Shown: positions 10,310-20,820 of the stretch, in pieces
Numbering within the stretch: the first letter of the stretch is position 1
Layout: the number at the start of each line of letters is the position of its first letter
From: a virus
Strand: one strand, 5' to 3'
Virus record (IMG/VR): IMGVR_UViG_3300025121_000886
Span: 29,151 to 93,150 of that record
DNA: 64,000 nt
Program-made: the position numbers and the translations under genes
Notes under the pieces: model-generated
Database searches by the model: none
Told to the model about the DNA's origin: nothing
The model's input: the letters and a program-made list of their open reading frames with translations, nothing else

Positions 10310-10903
10310 ATGAAGTTAATTGAAAAAATAAATTTGGTGATGAAAAAAGCTCAAGCGCGCGGTGAGACAAATACAGTGATTGAACTTCAAAGAATAGCAT
10401 CTGAATTAAAACCGATAGATAACAGAAATATCGATAGAAGTTCAGAATCTAAGATTTCTAATTATGATGCTGATGCTGATGTCTTTATTAGAGAAATTAA
10501 GGAAGTTGCTAATTCACTGAAGGCCAAAGGCGAATTTGCTTATGCAAAGAATTTAACGGCTGCCGCTCAAGAATTTGTAGAACCACGCGAAGCTTCAACT
10601 TCTATAAACACAAAAGAAGATAGAGAAGCCAAAGAATGGGCAGGTCTTATATCAGAAGTAGCTGATGTGGATGAAAAATTGGCTAAAAAATTAATTACAG
10701 CCCTTTATGAAGTAGAGTCAGCTAAAAAGAGTAAAGCCAAAAAAAATAAAAAAGCTGAAGACGTAGAAGCTGAAGATGAAGAAGATACTTCTGAAGAAGA
10801 CGAGGATTATTCTGAAGAGGATGAAAAAGATTATTCAGAAGATGAAGAAGATACCGAAAAAGATGGAAAGAAAAAAGCTAAGAAAAAGGGAAGAGAAAAC
10901 TAG
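10310..10903 (+). CDS. Hypothetical protein with two copies of the shared helical tag and an acidic/basic tail
   Basis: ORF track start 10292; ATG 10310 follows GAGGAG. Confidence 0.7.
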   Translation: MKLIEKINLVMKKAQARGETNTVIELQRIASELKPIDNRNIDRSSESKISNYDADADVFIREIKEVANSLKAKGEFAYAKNLTAAAQEFVEPREASTSINTKEDREAKEWAGLISEVADVDEKLAKKLITALYEVESAKKSKAKKNKKAEDVEAEDEEDTSEEDEDYSEEDEKDYSEDEEDTEKDGKKKAKKKGREN

Positions 10904-11017
10904 GTCGTCGTCCTTTTTTTAATCACAGCAGTATCTTAATCCCCCACCAATTTTAAGCAAGCCTATTTAAAAGATCATAAAATTAATTTTCAAATGAAAA
11001 TTCACGAGGTGGTAATT

Positions 11018-11401
11018 ATGCAAATAAGTTTAGAAGCAAATTATTATGAAGAGTCTGATTTTGTTTTGGGGAGAATGTGGGTTTTTGAGGGTGATTATTA
11101 TCACCCAGAATCAGTTAGAATAGGGGAATTTCAGTTTTTAACGAGTGAAAAAAAAGTTTTAACATCGGGTCAATTTGATCGTTATTATGGGAATAGCGAT
11201 GGATCATTTACTTTTATCCTAAACCATCCTAGAAGTAGAGATAATATCATTCTTAGGGTTGAACTCACTTTAGTTGATGGAACATTATTAAATAGGGAGG
11301 AGAGTGCAGGCTTTATTCCTAAAGAAGACAGGAATTTAGCAGAAAATATTGTCGATAGTGTTGAAAACATTTCACTCTCAGAGTTAGATTATTCTCTATA
11401 A
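11018..11401 (+). CDS. Hypothetical protein
   Basis: ORF; GAGGTGG RBS before ATG 11018. Confidence 0.6.
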   Translation: MQISLEANYYEESDFVLGRMWVFEGDYYHPESVRIGEFQFLTSEKKVLTSGQFDRYYGNSDGSFTFILNHPRSRDNIILRVELTLVDGTLLNREESAGFIPKEDRNLAENIVDSVENISLSELDYSL

Positions 11402-11486
11402 TCGTTTTTGTATATAAAATTTACTCGATTTTATAGGAATATCATATTAAAAAAATGCACGTTTAAAGTTGTGCTTGGAGGTTTAT

Positions 11487-12380
11487 ATGCACATAGAAAC
11501 TGAAAAATTAGCCGCTAAAAAGTTGGATTCTATTATTTATAAAATAGATAAGGTCGCATCAGATTTTGAAGAAAAAGGATACACAGATTTATCTACTATG
11601 TTAGATATGGTATCTCATGAGATATTGGCCGGTATTGAACCTTCTGAATCAAATCCTCCTATTGGATTGAAGGGTGCATCTAATGTTTTATTATGGCAAG
11701 ATATGATGAAAACTTATGGGGATGAAATAAAAAAATATCCAGACACACGAACACGTTGGGCTGCCGCTTTAGCTATTCTGGTTAATGTAGCAAAGCGTAA
11801 AGCTATCCCCATTCCTATTCCAGAACTTGTTAATATAGTAAACCCTAAGGCAGAGATTGTAACTGTTGTGCTGGAACTTGATCAAGAAGCTAAGAAGTTT
11901 TCAAGTAAAGTCATAACTTTTGTTAAATCTCAATTTCATGCAATTCCTTATAGAAATCTAAAAAAACAACCTGCTAATTGTGGTTTTGAGAAAAAAAATA
12001 AACTTTATTATTTTGGATATTATTTATGTCTTGAAATACCTCGGGGGAAAGAGGTACCTGTTCAAGATGTAGGGTCTGATTTAAGAGAAGCTTTAATGCA
12101 AAAATTTAGAATGAAATCTACTGAATTTGATGGAGCTCTCTATAAATTAACAGGTGAACGTGACGAGAATTATTCTTATATCACATTCACTGGTGAGGGG
12201 GAAGCCGCACAGGTCTGGTTAACCATGTATTTTTACTATTATTTTACAGAAGATCAAGTAAAAGCAATGTATGATTATATGTATGGGGTTGGTAAAAGCA
12301 CTCGTTTAACGAATGTTAATACTTTAACAAGAGCAATTCAACGTGTGTTAAACACCTGGATTAAACGAGGTATTGAATAA
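11487..12380 (+). CDS. Hypothetical protein with N-terminal shared helical tag
   Basis: GGAGG RBS before ATG 11487; KVASDFEEKGYTDLSTMLD. Confidence 0.7.
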   Translation: MHIETEKLAAKKLDSIIYKIDKVASDFEEKGYTDLSTMLDMVSHEILAGIEPSESNPPIGLKGASNVLLWQDMMKTYGDEIKKYPDTRTRWAAALAILVNVAKRKAIPIPIPELVNIVNPKAEIVTVVLELDQEAKKFSSKVITFVKSQFHAIPYRNLKKQPANCGFEKKNKLYYFGYYLCLEIPRGKEVPVQDVGSDLREALMQKFRMKSTEFDGALYKLTGERDENYSYITFTGEGEAAQVWLTMYFYYYFTEDQVKAMYDYMYGVGKSTRLTNVNTLTRAIQRVLNTWIKRGIE

Positions 12381-12395
12381 ATTTAAAGGTAATGT

Positions 12396-12824
12396 ATGAT
12401 GTTACAAGCAGTTTTTAACCATTATCCCTATCAGATAGCTGTTTCTGGAAGCACAACTTTTTCATTAGAGAGTAAAGTCTCTGTTGAAACTTTGCTCTCA
12501 CCTTCTCTTATTTTTTGGAACACTTCTGCTTATGATGAAGTTAGAGTGGTATTTACCAGAAAATTAGATTTTGGGTCTGGTTTAGATCCTTTAGAAGATG
12601 GAACATTTGAAGAAGAAATGTATTCTGGATATGCTTCTCAAGGGAAATCAATTAAATTACCTATAGATGAGAGCATGATCCATGTTTATACAGAATATCC
12701 AATATTGTCCCATAATGTTTCTGTTTATAATGAGACGGGGGAGATAATAATTGTAAGGTTTCTGTTAACAGGATTTTATGATTCAGTAACAACCGCTACC
12801 ATAAACTCTTACAGGAGAGATTGA
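12396..12824 (+). CDS. Hypothetical (virion module) protein
   Basis: ORF in operon. Confidence 0.6.
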   Translation: MMLQAVFNHYPYQIAVSGSTTFSLESKVSVETLLSPSLIFWNTSAYDEVRVVFTRKLDFGSGLDPLEDGTFEEEMYSGYASQGKSIKLPIDESMIHVYTEYPILSHNVSVYNETGEIIIVRFLLTGFYDSVTTATINSYRRD

Positions 12825-14095
12825 TTATGAAACAAGATAGTAAATTTTTTGAATGGTCAACAGCCATGAGAAAGGTTTTATCTTCTTTTATTAGAAGAGA
12901 TAATTTATTAGGTGATTCTCTAAAGATGTATCAAATTGGTCGTTTATATCAAGACAATTATATGATAAAATTATCAGAAACCTTGTTAGAATTAATCGAG
13001 GATGTTGATGATGTATTAGAAGGAAGAAGGTTTATGCGAAAACCTATCACAATACCTTCTAAATATATAAAAGGTTTAGATTATCCTGCTGCCGAAAAGA
13101 TGGTAGCTGATGCCATCCCGTGGATGAATAAGGATCAAGAAAAAATTATTATAAATAACCTTAAAAAAGCGGGTTATCCACGTCCTGATAAGCTTACCAA
13201 AAAGTTTCTGCAAGACTTGGTTACCTATCCGGTTTATGAGTTTTTTATACAGATTGATAAGGGTGTTTTATTTGATAAAGTGGTCTCTAAGATACCTCTT
13301 CCCAAAGCAGCTGGACTGAAAAAGCCTAAATTTGATGTAGCATTATTGGCATTCCATTCAAAAAGTGGCTACGGATTGTCTTTTTCTGCTGATATAACCA
13401 CTACTGGTGGCGAAGTTGAAGCAACTTTATTTCTTGATCACTGGTTTCTGAAGGATATTATAGATACTTGGGTTAAACCAGTTATTAGCAATATTAAAGA
13501 AGAAGGCGGTACTCCCGTTGAAACAGCCAGACATTATGCTAAAAAGATAGATGATGAAATACAGTTAAGAACAAAATCAATGACAAATTTATCTTTAGTT
13601 AATGCTGTAAAACCTGAAGTAATATCTGAGAATGAAAATATAATATTAAACATCACATATATTTTACAGTATCGATGTAAATCAGCTGATGTAGAATATA
13701 GAAAAAAGGAAATAACCGACTTTTTAAAGGCCGCTTCTGCTAGATTGGGAAGTGCTTCAGAAGTCACAAAGACTGCTATTAGAGCAGCTAAAGGATATCA
13801 GAGAGTGACAGCACAAAAATCTTTAACAGATTTGTGGGAGAAGGGTAGAGATGTCTTTTATTCAGTTAAGGTCTCTTTTTTAATTGGGGAAGAAAACAAG
13901 TTCGAAACTTTATTAAAGAAAACGATTGATGTAGCTATAGATGTATCGACCTTATTAGGTGTTTCCGGTGAAGAACGTGGATGGACAGATGATGATGAAA
14001 TTGAATGGGGTTATGAGGAAGAAGATACTGATGACTCTGATATTTCTGAAGATGAATTGGATGATTCTGGTGAGCTTATTGAAGAGGATATTTAA
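12821..14095 (+). CDS. Hypothetical protein with acidic C-terminus
   Basis: 424-aa ORF overlapping previous stop. Confidence 0.7.
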   Translation: MIMKQDSKFFEWSTAMRKVLSSFIRRDNLLGDSLKMYQIGRLYQDNYMIKLSETLLELIEDVDDVLEGRRFMRKPITIPSKYIKGLDYPAAEKMVADAIPWMNKDQEKIIINNLKKAGYPRPDKLTKKFLQDLVTYPVYEFFIQIDKGVLFDKVVSKIPLPKAAGLKKPKFDVALLAFHSKSGYGLSFSADITTTGGEVEATLFLDHWFLKDIIDTWVKPVISNIKEEGGTPVETARHYAKKIDDEIQLRTKSMTNLSLVNAVKPEVISENENIILNITYILQYRCKSADVEYRKKEITDFLKAASARLGSASEVTKTAIRAAKGYQRVTAQKSLTDLWEKGRDVFYSVKVSFLIGEENKFETLLKKTIDVAIDVSTLLGVSGEERGWTDDDEIEWGYEEEDTDDSDISEDELDDSGELIEEDI

Positions 14096-14098
14096 AAT

Positions 14099-14548
14099 AT
14101 GAAAACAAGAGTTTTGGGGATAGATCCGGGTGCTAAAAATTTTGCTTATGGTCTACTTGAGGATGGAAAATACTCCACTTCTGGAAAATTTGTACCAATA
14201 AATAAAGTTACCTATGAAGATTTATGTGCCTGGTCGTTACAAATTCATGATTTTTTAGCTTCTTTAAAATTAAATCCAGAATCTGATTGGATTGCTATAG
14301 AGCGATATGCACAGAGGGGGATGTATAAAAGTTTTTTTGAACCAATAAATTTGATGGTAGGAATTTTTATAAGAGAAGCTATGCCTATTATAATAGATTT
14401 ACAAATGGCGTCTACTTGGAAGACATGGATGAAGAAAACATATAAAATAGAACCAGTTCAGATTTATCCTGGGACAAATGATCATGAAGCTTGCGCTTTA
14501 TGTTTAGCCGAATATTCATATACAAAAGCATTGAAGGACGCCAATTAA
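14099..14548 (+). CDS. RuvC-like Holliday junction resolvase
   Basis: VLGIDPG, IAIE, HEAC (last acidic residue appears replaced by Cys). Confidence 0.7.
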   Translation: MKTRVLGIDPGAKNFAYGLLEDGKYSTSGKFVPINKVTYEDLCAWSLQIHDFLASLKLNPESDWIAIERYAQRGMYKSFFEPINLMVGIFIREAMPIIIDLQMASTWKTWMKKTYKIEPVQIYPGTNDHEACALCLAEYSYTKALKDAN

Positions 14549-15627
14549 TGGAAGTGTGTGATTATCAGATAAATAAAAGTGAATGTCTTAAAGTACACAA
14601 TTTATTTAATAATACACCTCAAAATTGTGATTTTATGGATTGTTCTTTAATTAATTTATTATCTTTTGTAGCTTCTCTAAAAGATACAGAAGTCTTAAAA
14701 AATATTTTAGATATGTTAGATATGTCCCATTTATTAGAAGTGTGCTTTTTAAGAAAAGATGAAAAATTTTTATGTCCTTGTCTGGGTTATGTGTTTATCC
14801 CATGCTCTGTTAAAAATTGTGATCAATGGATCGATCTTTCTGATTTTTTAAATTGTGGATTGTGTCTTCATGAAAAGATGTCTGGGAAACAGGGGGAACT
14901 CGGTTTGGGAATTTTAGCATATATCTTAAAAAAGGATATAAAATACACTAAAAAAACATTAGATTCAGCACTTAAAAAGATGTGGAAGACTGAGTTATAT
15001 AAGGAGATTGATCCAGAATTTGAAGTTTATCATATGGACGGTTTTTGTGTTAATTGTGAAAAGAAATTATCGTTTGATAATGCATTTAGAGTAGAAGGAT
15101 TGGTTTATTGTTCACAAGACTGTTATCTAGAAAAGCCTCCTATAGCCCTTAATCTTGAAAAGTATTTAGGGGTTTCTTTTAACACCTTAGTAGATGTGAT
15201 ATTAAAACGGTTTAAAGGGTTGGCATTAGTCTCTAAAGTTTTGGGATGTGAGGATATTTCTATTATTGGTGAAAAATGGAAATGGTATATTTTAAATAAT
15301 ATTCAACCAAGTTTGAACAATAATCAGCTTTTGTCTAGAAATTATACAAGAAGCGGTGATCTATTATTAGATCTGAAAAATAAATATGAAACACATCGAT
15401 GTTTATATGAAAAATGTGATAATACAAAAAGTGTTAGATTACAACAATTATATAAGATAGAAAATACAGCTAGAAATATTTTAGCGGTAGAGCGATGTGA
15501 TCATTGTAAAAAAAATGTAGATTGTAAACAATTAATTAATAATCATAATCGTATGTGCAATGAATTTGAGTGCAAAACGAATTTAAGGAGAATTTTAGAT
15601 GAACGATATGACCGAAAAAATGTTTGA
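14548..15627 (+). CDS. Cys-rich hypothetical protein, possible zinc-binding/HTH regulator
   Basis: Many CxxC pairs; HTH-like LGILAYILKKDIKYTKKTLDSALKKM; TAATG overlap start. Confidence 0.6.
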   Translation: MEVCDYQINKSECLKVHNLFNNTPQNCDFMDCSLINLLSFVASLKDTEVLKNILDMLDMSHLLEVCFLRKDEKFLCPCLGYVFIPCSVKNCDQWIDLSDFLNCGLCLHEKMSGKQGELGLGILAYILKKDIKYTKKTLDSALKKMWKTELYKEIDPEFEVYHMDGFCVNCEKKLSFDNAFRVEGLVYCSQDCYLEKPPIALNLEKYLGVSFNTLVDVILKRFKGLALVSKVLGCEDISIIGEKWKWYILNNIQPSLNNNQLLSRNYTRSGDLLLDLKNKYETHRCLYEKCDNTKSVRLQQLYKIENTARNILAVERCDHCKKNVDCKQLINNHNRMCNEFECKTNLRRILDERYDRKNV

Positions 15628-16360
15628 GCGTTTAACACACAAACTTGCTGAAACCAGAGGAAAAAGGTTGGATTTAGAAATCTGTGATGCTTCTGTTTTA
15701 TCTGAGCTTGGTGCTAAAGTATTAATGAGATACAGTTCGGCGGTTGGTATTCCTTCATTTGACTCAGTAAGAGAATTCTTTGCAAGTCAATATCAAGGAG
15801 AGTTAATACCCTCCCCTGAATATTTTAGATGTTTTCCAGAAAAAGAAGCCTTAGAAGTTGTGGTGAGCCGCCTTCAGGTAAAAAGGGAGTATAATGATCG
15901 AAATATCATGACTCCAATCGTTTCTGAAGTTAAATATATAGACGATGATAAAAATGTGTGGAGTGTTAAAGAAACTGAGGGAAAGAAGATTCTGATCAGA
16001 AATGAAAAACAGGATATTGAACAACTTTTAAAGATCAATGATTCCCCCGTACAGAATAAAACTGCCACACTTCATTATAAAGATGCTTCATCGGTTGGAA
16101 ATAGGGTGAATGTCGGGGATGAGATAAAAATATTTATGAATGGTATTGTTATTAGAGCAGTTGTTTCAACACAGCCAGCGCTTGGTATGCTTGAGGTTAT
16201 TGATAATAAAGGGAACAGATTTGCTATATCAGTTAATTCTGTATTAGAAGTTGTAACCCCCGGGGCAGAGACCAAGAAACAACTTAAAGATGAGGTGTAT
16301 GAGTATTTTGTTAAGGTCTATGGGCCTGATTATGCAGCTCAGATGGTAGAAAATGTATAA
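15599..16360 (+). CDS. Hypothetical protein (SH3-like C-terminal segment)
   Basis: ORF with AAGGAG RBS; VNVGDEIKIF beta motif. Confidence 0.65.
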   Translation: MNDMTEKMFERLTHKLAETRGKRLDLEICDASVLSELGAKVLMRYSSAVGIPSFDSVREFFASQYQGELIPSPEYFRCFPEKEALEVVVSRLQVKREYNDRNIMTPIVSEVKYIDDDKNVWSVKETEGKKILIRNEKQDIEQLLKINDSPVQNKTATLHYKDASSVGNRVNVGDEIKIFMNGIVIRAVVSTQPALGMLEVIDNKGNRFAISVNSVLEVVTPGAETKKQLKDEVYEYFVKVYGPDYAAQMVENV

Positions 16361-16371
16361 GGCAATAAGTT

Positions 16372-17007
16372 ATGACGAAAAGTGAAATAAATATGGCCAC
16401 AGAAGTTCGTATAAAGGTATTATCTTTATATGAGGGTGGGAAAGAACTTGATGAAATTGCCAAAGAGCTAAAGTTAGGTCTTGGCGATATAGAGTCTATT
16501 ATATCAGATACTTCTAATATTGTAGCTGCGGATATTATTAATAGAGAAATAATTGATCTAAAAATATTGTTGAAGGTTGCAAAAACAAAGTATAAGAGCA
16601 GTATGGATTGGAAAGATGCTCAGGCTGTTACAGGAATATCAGCTGAATTGGAGAATTTATTAAGACATCAACGAGAACTTTATGACCCTAATATTGATTT
16701 TGAGGAGCATGATCGTAGGGTTGTGAGGAAAGTGGTTATGGAAATTATAAAAGCAACTTCTTCGGCAATTTCTAATGTAAAACAGGCCGCTTCTTTAACC
16801 TTGGATAATAAGCAACAAGAAACTTTAGAACGATTACTAAGTGAATGTATTAGGACGATAGGAAGAGAGTCCAAAAAAATATATTTTGATGGATTGACAG
16901 CTTTAGCAGAATATTTAGGTGCTTCTTTACCAAAACATATTCAAGACAAGACAGAAGAGAATATTGTGGCGATAGATTCAATTAGAGGGAGAAAGAGCAA
17001 GTCGTAA
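16372..17007 (+). CDS. HTH-containing helical protein, candidate terminase small subunit
   Basis: N-terminal HTH (LYEGGKELDEIAKELKLGLGDIESII) followed by helical region. Confidence 0.4.
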   Translation: MTKSEINMATEVRIKVLSLYEGGKELDEIAKELKLGLGDIESIISDTSNIVAADIINREIIDLKILLKVAKTKYKSSMDWKDAQAVTGISAELENLLRHQRELYDPNIDFEEHDRRVVRKVVMEIIKATSSAISNVKQAASLTLDNKQQETLERLLSECIRTIGRESKKIYFDGLTALAEYLGASLPKHIQDKTEENIVAIDSIRGRKSKS

Positions 17008-17117
17008 TTTGCCAAGTTTTATACCTACCTTTTTAATTTTCATCAAGACATATTATTTATTAAAAGAATAGCCATTCATCTAATAATCATTAAATTTTTA
17101 ACACGAGGAAAAAATTT

Positions 17118-18311
17118 ATGGCATCTTTAAGCAAGGCTACAAGAGGATCAACACATTCTTTTGAAGCTGTTTTCACAGGAAAAACACCTTATAATATAAA
17201 TAGATCACCAGTATTGACATTAACAGACCCCAATGGAATACAGACGGTTAATGTTGATCCCTCATCAGGAATAGAAATTTTAGGGAGTGACACCTATCGT
17301 TATAGATGGCCAGTTCCTTTAGACGCTGTTTTGACCACAGATTCAACAAAATGGCAAGCAGATTGGCAGATTATAACATCAGATGGTCAAGTTGATACTT
17401 GGACAGAGACTTTTGATGTGATAGATGCTGCTATAACTGAATCGTCTGAGAGAAAAAGGACTTATTTTACAATAGGTGGCAAAGGTATTCGGGTCATGAT
17501 CAGAACACAGACTTTATTGAATGACATTAAATTAAATGTTATTCATTCTACGAGCGATGATTATCCCGTTGTTACAGACGCTATTTTAGGGTCAAATACT
17601 TATAACATAAGGTTGACCATTGATGGTGATACTCATGTTTATTATTTTGATATACCTTCTACAAAACCAGCTACATCACCAGCTTCTGATTACATTGTCA
17701 ATGATTTGGCTATTGGTGAATATCAAGTTTTTTGGGATATTCAGGAGACAGTTACTTCCGAATATAATATGCTTTTTCAACTTTTGAGGGTAGCAAACAG
17801 GATATGGCTCAATTTTATACCTTCGATTAGAATGTTGATCGATAAACTTCAGAAAAGAGCTGGGACAGTCCAAGCATATGAAGACGCTGATGTTTATGAA
17901 TATCTACAACAAGGTTTGACCATTATAAATTCTATACATCCCACAACTTCATGGACAATCACACAGCTCCCTACAAATTTTTATAATTTTTTGGTGGCCA
18001 CGACTTCTGTACATGCTTTGAGCGCTCAGCATATCTTAGAGAGTGAGTTACAATTCTCATTCTCAGGTCAAACTATTTCTCTTGATTATGATCGTACTGG
18101 AAATCTTGAGAGCGCTTTGAGTAGATATTTAGATTGGATAAATACACATCTTACAAATTCTAAAATGGCTACATATCGCAGATCGTTCCCCACCGCTATA
18201 GTAGCTGGTCGTCCGGCTAGTTTGAGCATGAGGGAAAACAGGGTTGTGCGTATGGATTATCAATCTTCAGAAGATTTAAACAGATTGCTTTTAACCATGG
18301 GATTATTGTAA
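17118..18311 (+). CDS. Putative neck/head-tail adaptor with N-terminal Ig-like domains
   Basis: Beta-rich N-half; C-half IRMLID...YEDADVYEYLQQGL...SFSGQTISLDYD resembles head-completion proteins. Confidence 0.55.
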   Translation: MASLSKATRGSTHSFEAVFTGKTPYNINRSPVLTLTDPNGIQTVNVDPSSGIEILGSDTYRYRWPVPLDAVLTTDSTKWQADWQIITSDGQVDTWTETFDVIDAAITESSERKRTYFTIGGKGIRVMIRTQTLLNDIKLNVIHSTSDDYPVVTDAILGSNTYNIRLTIDGDTHVYYFDIPSTKPATSPASDYIVNDLAIGEYQVFWDIQETVTSEYNMLFQLLRVANRIWLNFIPSIRMLIDKLQKRAGTVQAYEDADVYEYLQQGLTIINSIHPTTSWTITQLPTNFYNFLVATTSVHALSAQHILESELQFSFSGQTISLDYDRTGNLESALSRYLDWINTHLTNSKMATYRRSFPTAIVAGRPASLSMRENRVVRMDYQSSEDLNRLLLTMGLL

Positions 18312-18439
18312 TTTATGTTCAATGTTGTAGTGTTTATTTTTATTGAGATGGTCTTAATATATCTATTGGGGTTGTTTAGAAAAGGCTGAAAATATCATCG
18401 AAGTTTATCACAAGATTCATTAATAGAGGATATAATTTT

Positions 18440-18886
18440 ATGGATAACAAAAATATTTATAATTTATTAAAAGACATCAAAAAAGATGGCTTTTCTGAAG
18501 AGGCATCTCTTATAAATAAAGCATTAAAAAAATGGGGTGATAATCATAAGGTTATAGCCTCATTTGAGAATACATCTGAGCAAGAAACATTAAACTTAAG
18601 AACTTTGCGACAATGGATTTTAAATGATTACCGAAAAGTAGCATTTGAAATTCATAATGATGGAGTTTTGATTGACCCTGTTGATCAAGAATCTTTTATG
18701 CAAGGACCAGCTATGTTAATCACAGGTCATGGTTTTCGTCCTGTTGAGATAGCAGTTAATGTTTTTGGGGAGGTTGGTATTAATTATCAAGATGGTGCTT
18801 GGTCTAGGAGAAAGGTTCACTCTGAAAATATCATGTCTTTTTATGAGAAACTTAAAAGAATTTTGAATGGACGTAAGGGGGATTAA
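18440..18886 (+). CDS. Hypothetical protein with N-terminal shared helical tag
   Basis: LLKDIKKDGFSEEASLINKAL then VIA-S; GAGG RBS. Confidence 0.7.
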   Translation: MDNKNIYNLLKDIKKDGFSEEASLINKALKKWGDNHKVIASFENTSEQETLNLRTLRQWILNDYRKVAFEIHNDGVLIDPVDQESFMQGPAMLITGHGFRPVEIAVNVFGEVGINYQDGAWSRRKVHSENIMSFYEKLKRILNGRKGD

Positions 18887-18958
18887 GGGGTATTAGTCTT
18901 TGTTCTGTAAATATATGTTTTGGTTGTGAATATATTAATCCAAAACAAGGAGATACCG

Positions 18959-19894
18959 ATGATTGCTAAAAGATTATCACCTGAGATGTTAGATTCTCTC
19001 TTAGAAAAGAAAAAAACGATTTATGTAAGAAATAAAACAAATCCCCGGGGTATAGTTTCAGTAATGTTTATTATTCCCAATGTTCAAAAAACAATTACAA
19101 AAATGGTATATGTATCTGCTTATCCACAGGCAATTACTGATGAAGTTCCTCATAGTACTGTGGGTGAATCTTATGATTTTAGAAGATATTTGATGAAGGG
19201 TATTCTTGAACTCGTTGACCCCGATGAAGCAAAAAAAGAATTGACTGCTGATGCTTTAAAAGAGTTACAGGGTTTAAGAATGAGAGATCAGAATTTTAAG
19301 AGACGGACAGTTGTAGCACCAAGAGTTATAACTGGTATAGGAGATCGTGTTGAAGAATTAACAGAATTTGAACCTCCTAAAGGATGGCATACATCAGAAC
19401 CACCTAGAGGGGGAGGCTATGACGGAAAAGCGGCGATAGATATGTTGGTCTCAAACAATCTTCCAAAAACGGAAGCTACCAATTTGATCAGAAAGGGCTA
19501 TGTAGCCCCTAAGGTAGAGATGGGCTTTGAATTTGATAATATATCTTCAGTAGATATAAATCCACGGGTGATGGATATCGTGATGCAGTCTGAAAGTGGC
19601 GGAATGAAGGTAAAAGAAGCTATTGGATTATTGAGGGGATTAGAGGATCTTTTTACCGAGGCAGATATAGGTTACCTTATTTCTAAGGGTGTTCCTGAAT
19701 TGAAAGCTTACGCTGAAGGTTTATTAGCACAGATGGATAAAAATACCGCTCCAATAAAAGAGGAAGCAAAAGAAGATATTATAAATGTAGAAGAGGTAAA
19801 AGAAGACCCTGTTGAAACTTTTCAGGAAGAGAATGATATTATAACCGGGATAACAGAAGAACAGACGACTAATAAGAGACATAAACGAAGATAG
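18959..19894 (+). CDS. Hypothetical protein
   Basis: AAGGAG RBS before ATG 18959. Confidence 0.7.
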   Translation: MIAKRLSPEMLDSLLEKKKTIYVRNKTNPRGIVSVMFIIPNVQKTITKMVYVSAYPQAITDEVPHSTVGESYDFRRYLMKGILELVDPDEAKKELTADALKELQGLRMRDQNFKRRTVVAPRVITGIGDRVEELTEFEPPKGWHTSEPPRGGGYDGKAAIDMLVSNNLPKTEATNLIRKGYVAPKVEMGFEFDNISSVDINPRVMDIVMQSESGGMKVKEAIGLLRGLEDLFTEADIGYLISKGVPELKAYAEGLLAQMDKNTAPIKEEAKEDIINVEEVKEDPVETFQEENDIITGITEEQTTNKRHKRR

Positions 19895-19913
19895 TTTGTT
19901 TTTTGGAAAAAAT

Positions 19914-20642
19914 ATGGCTGAAATAACTGAGATAAATCAGAAACTTATAGATGCAATAAACGAAGGAAAAAAGGTTGTTGAACAAACTGATCGTGCTTAT
20001 TTGGGGGAGAGAGAACCTTTTGTTATCACCTCTGAACTTTGGCTCAGGCAGAGCACAAAACAATATATTTTCCTCTTTAATAATCCAGGAAGTTTAGAAA
20101 TTCAGTTAAGTCAAAGGATGGCCGAGCAGAAAACACATTCCGGGACAATCTTACATGTTTGGCCGTCTAATGACAGAGAAAGTTCTTATGATGAACCTGT
20201 TTTAACGATGGAATTTCAAACAGGGAGTACTTGGTTGATAATTGTCCCAGATCCTAGAGACCCTAAGAGTCAAAAGAGAATAATGAGCGCTGGTTTAAAA
20301 AATTATTATGACTTTTTAGGGTTTTTATCTCAGCCAAAAATACTTGATGATGGTGAAGAGAACGTACATATCATAATTATGAACACCATTAATTTTCCAC
20401 AGTTAACGGTATGGGGACAATTTCAGAAAGATGGTCCTACATATAGAGAAACAGTTGATTCAGCGGGTAAAATAGATGGTTGGTCTGTCCCATTTACTGT
20501 TTATCATTCATATCCTCCTCTACATAGGGCGGATTTGATGAAAAAGACATATGAGGATCAATTTGGTTCTGTAGCACCCATAAAATATAGAAGTGTGGGT
20601 AATACCGGTTCTAGAATTAGAAAGTCAGGTATTCAGAGATAA
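19914..20642 (+). CDS. Putative tail tube-like/baseplate protein
   Basis: FNNPGSLEIQLSQRMAEQKTHSG resembles N-termini of contractile-tail tube/initiator proteins. Confidence 0.4.
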   Translation: MAEITEINQKLIDAINEGKKVVEQTDRAYLGEREPFVITSELWLRQSTKQYIFLFNNPGSLEIQLSQRMAEQKTHSGTILHVWPSNDRESSYDEPVLTMEFQTGSTWLIIVPDPRDPKSQKRIMSAGLKNYYDFLGFLSQPKILDDGEENVHIIIMNTINFPQLTVWGQFQKDGPTYRETVDSAGKIDGWSVPFTVYHSYPPLHRADLMKKTYEDQFGSVAPIKYRSVGNTGSRIRKSGIQR

Positions 20643-20647
20643 AATAT

Positions 20648-20720
20648 TGCGGGGTGGACCAGCTGGTAGGTCAGAAGACTCATAATCTTCGTGTCGAGGG
20701 TTCGACTCCCTCCCCCGCAA
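20648..20720 (+). tRNA. tRNA-Met (anticodon CAT), CCA not encoded
   Basis: Full cloverleaf: acceptor TGCGGGG/CCCCGCA, D stem GACC/GGTC, anticodon stem GAAGA/TCTTC with loop CTCATAA, T arm GAGGG-TTCGACT-CCCTC. Confidence 0.95.
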
Positions 20721-20820
20721 CTAACAATAATTCTTCCTATTAATCTCATTTTTTTTATATCTGTAAAATATCTACATCAAATCTTTAATTTTCATCAACA
20801 AACAATTCAAAATAATAGGT

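Noticed and set aside
18315-18389. 24-aa hydrophobic ORF (MFNVVVFIFIEMVLIYLLGLFRKG) as a holin-like peptide
   Set aside because: No RBS; T-rich intergenic DNA readily gives such peptides.
17032-20798. 15-bp repeat TTTAATTTTCATCAA at 17032 and 20784
   Set aside because: Only two low-complexity AT-rich copies; cannot be distinguished from chance without statistics.
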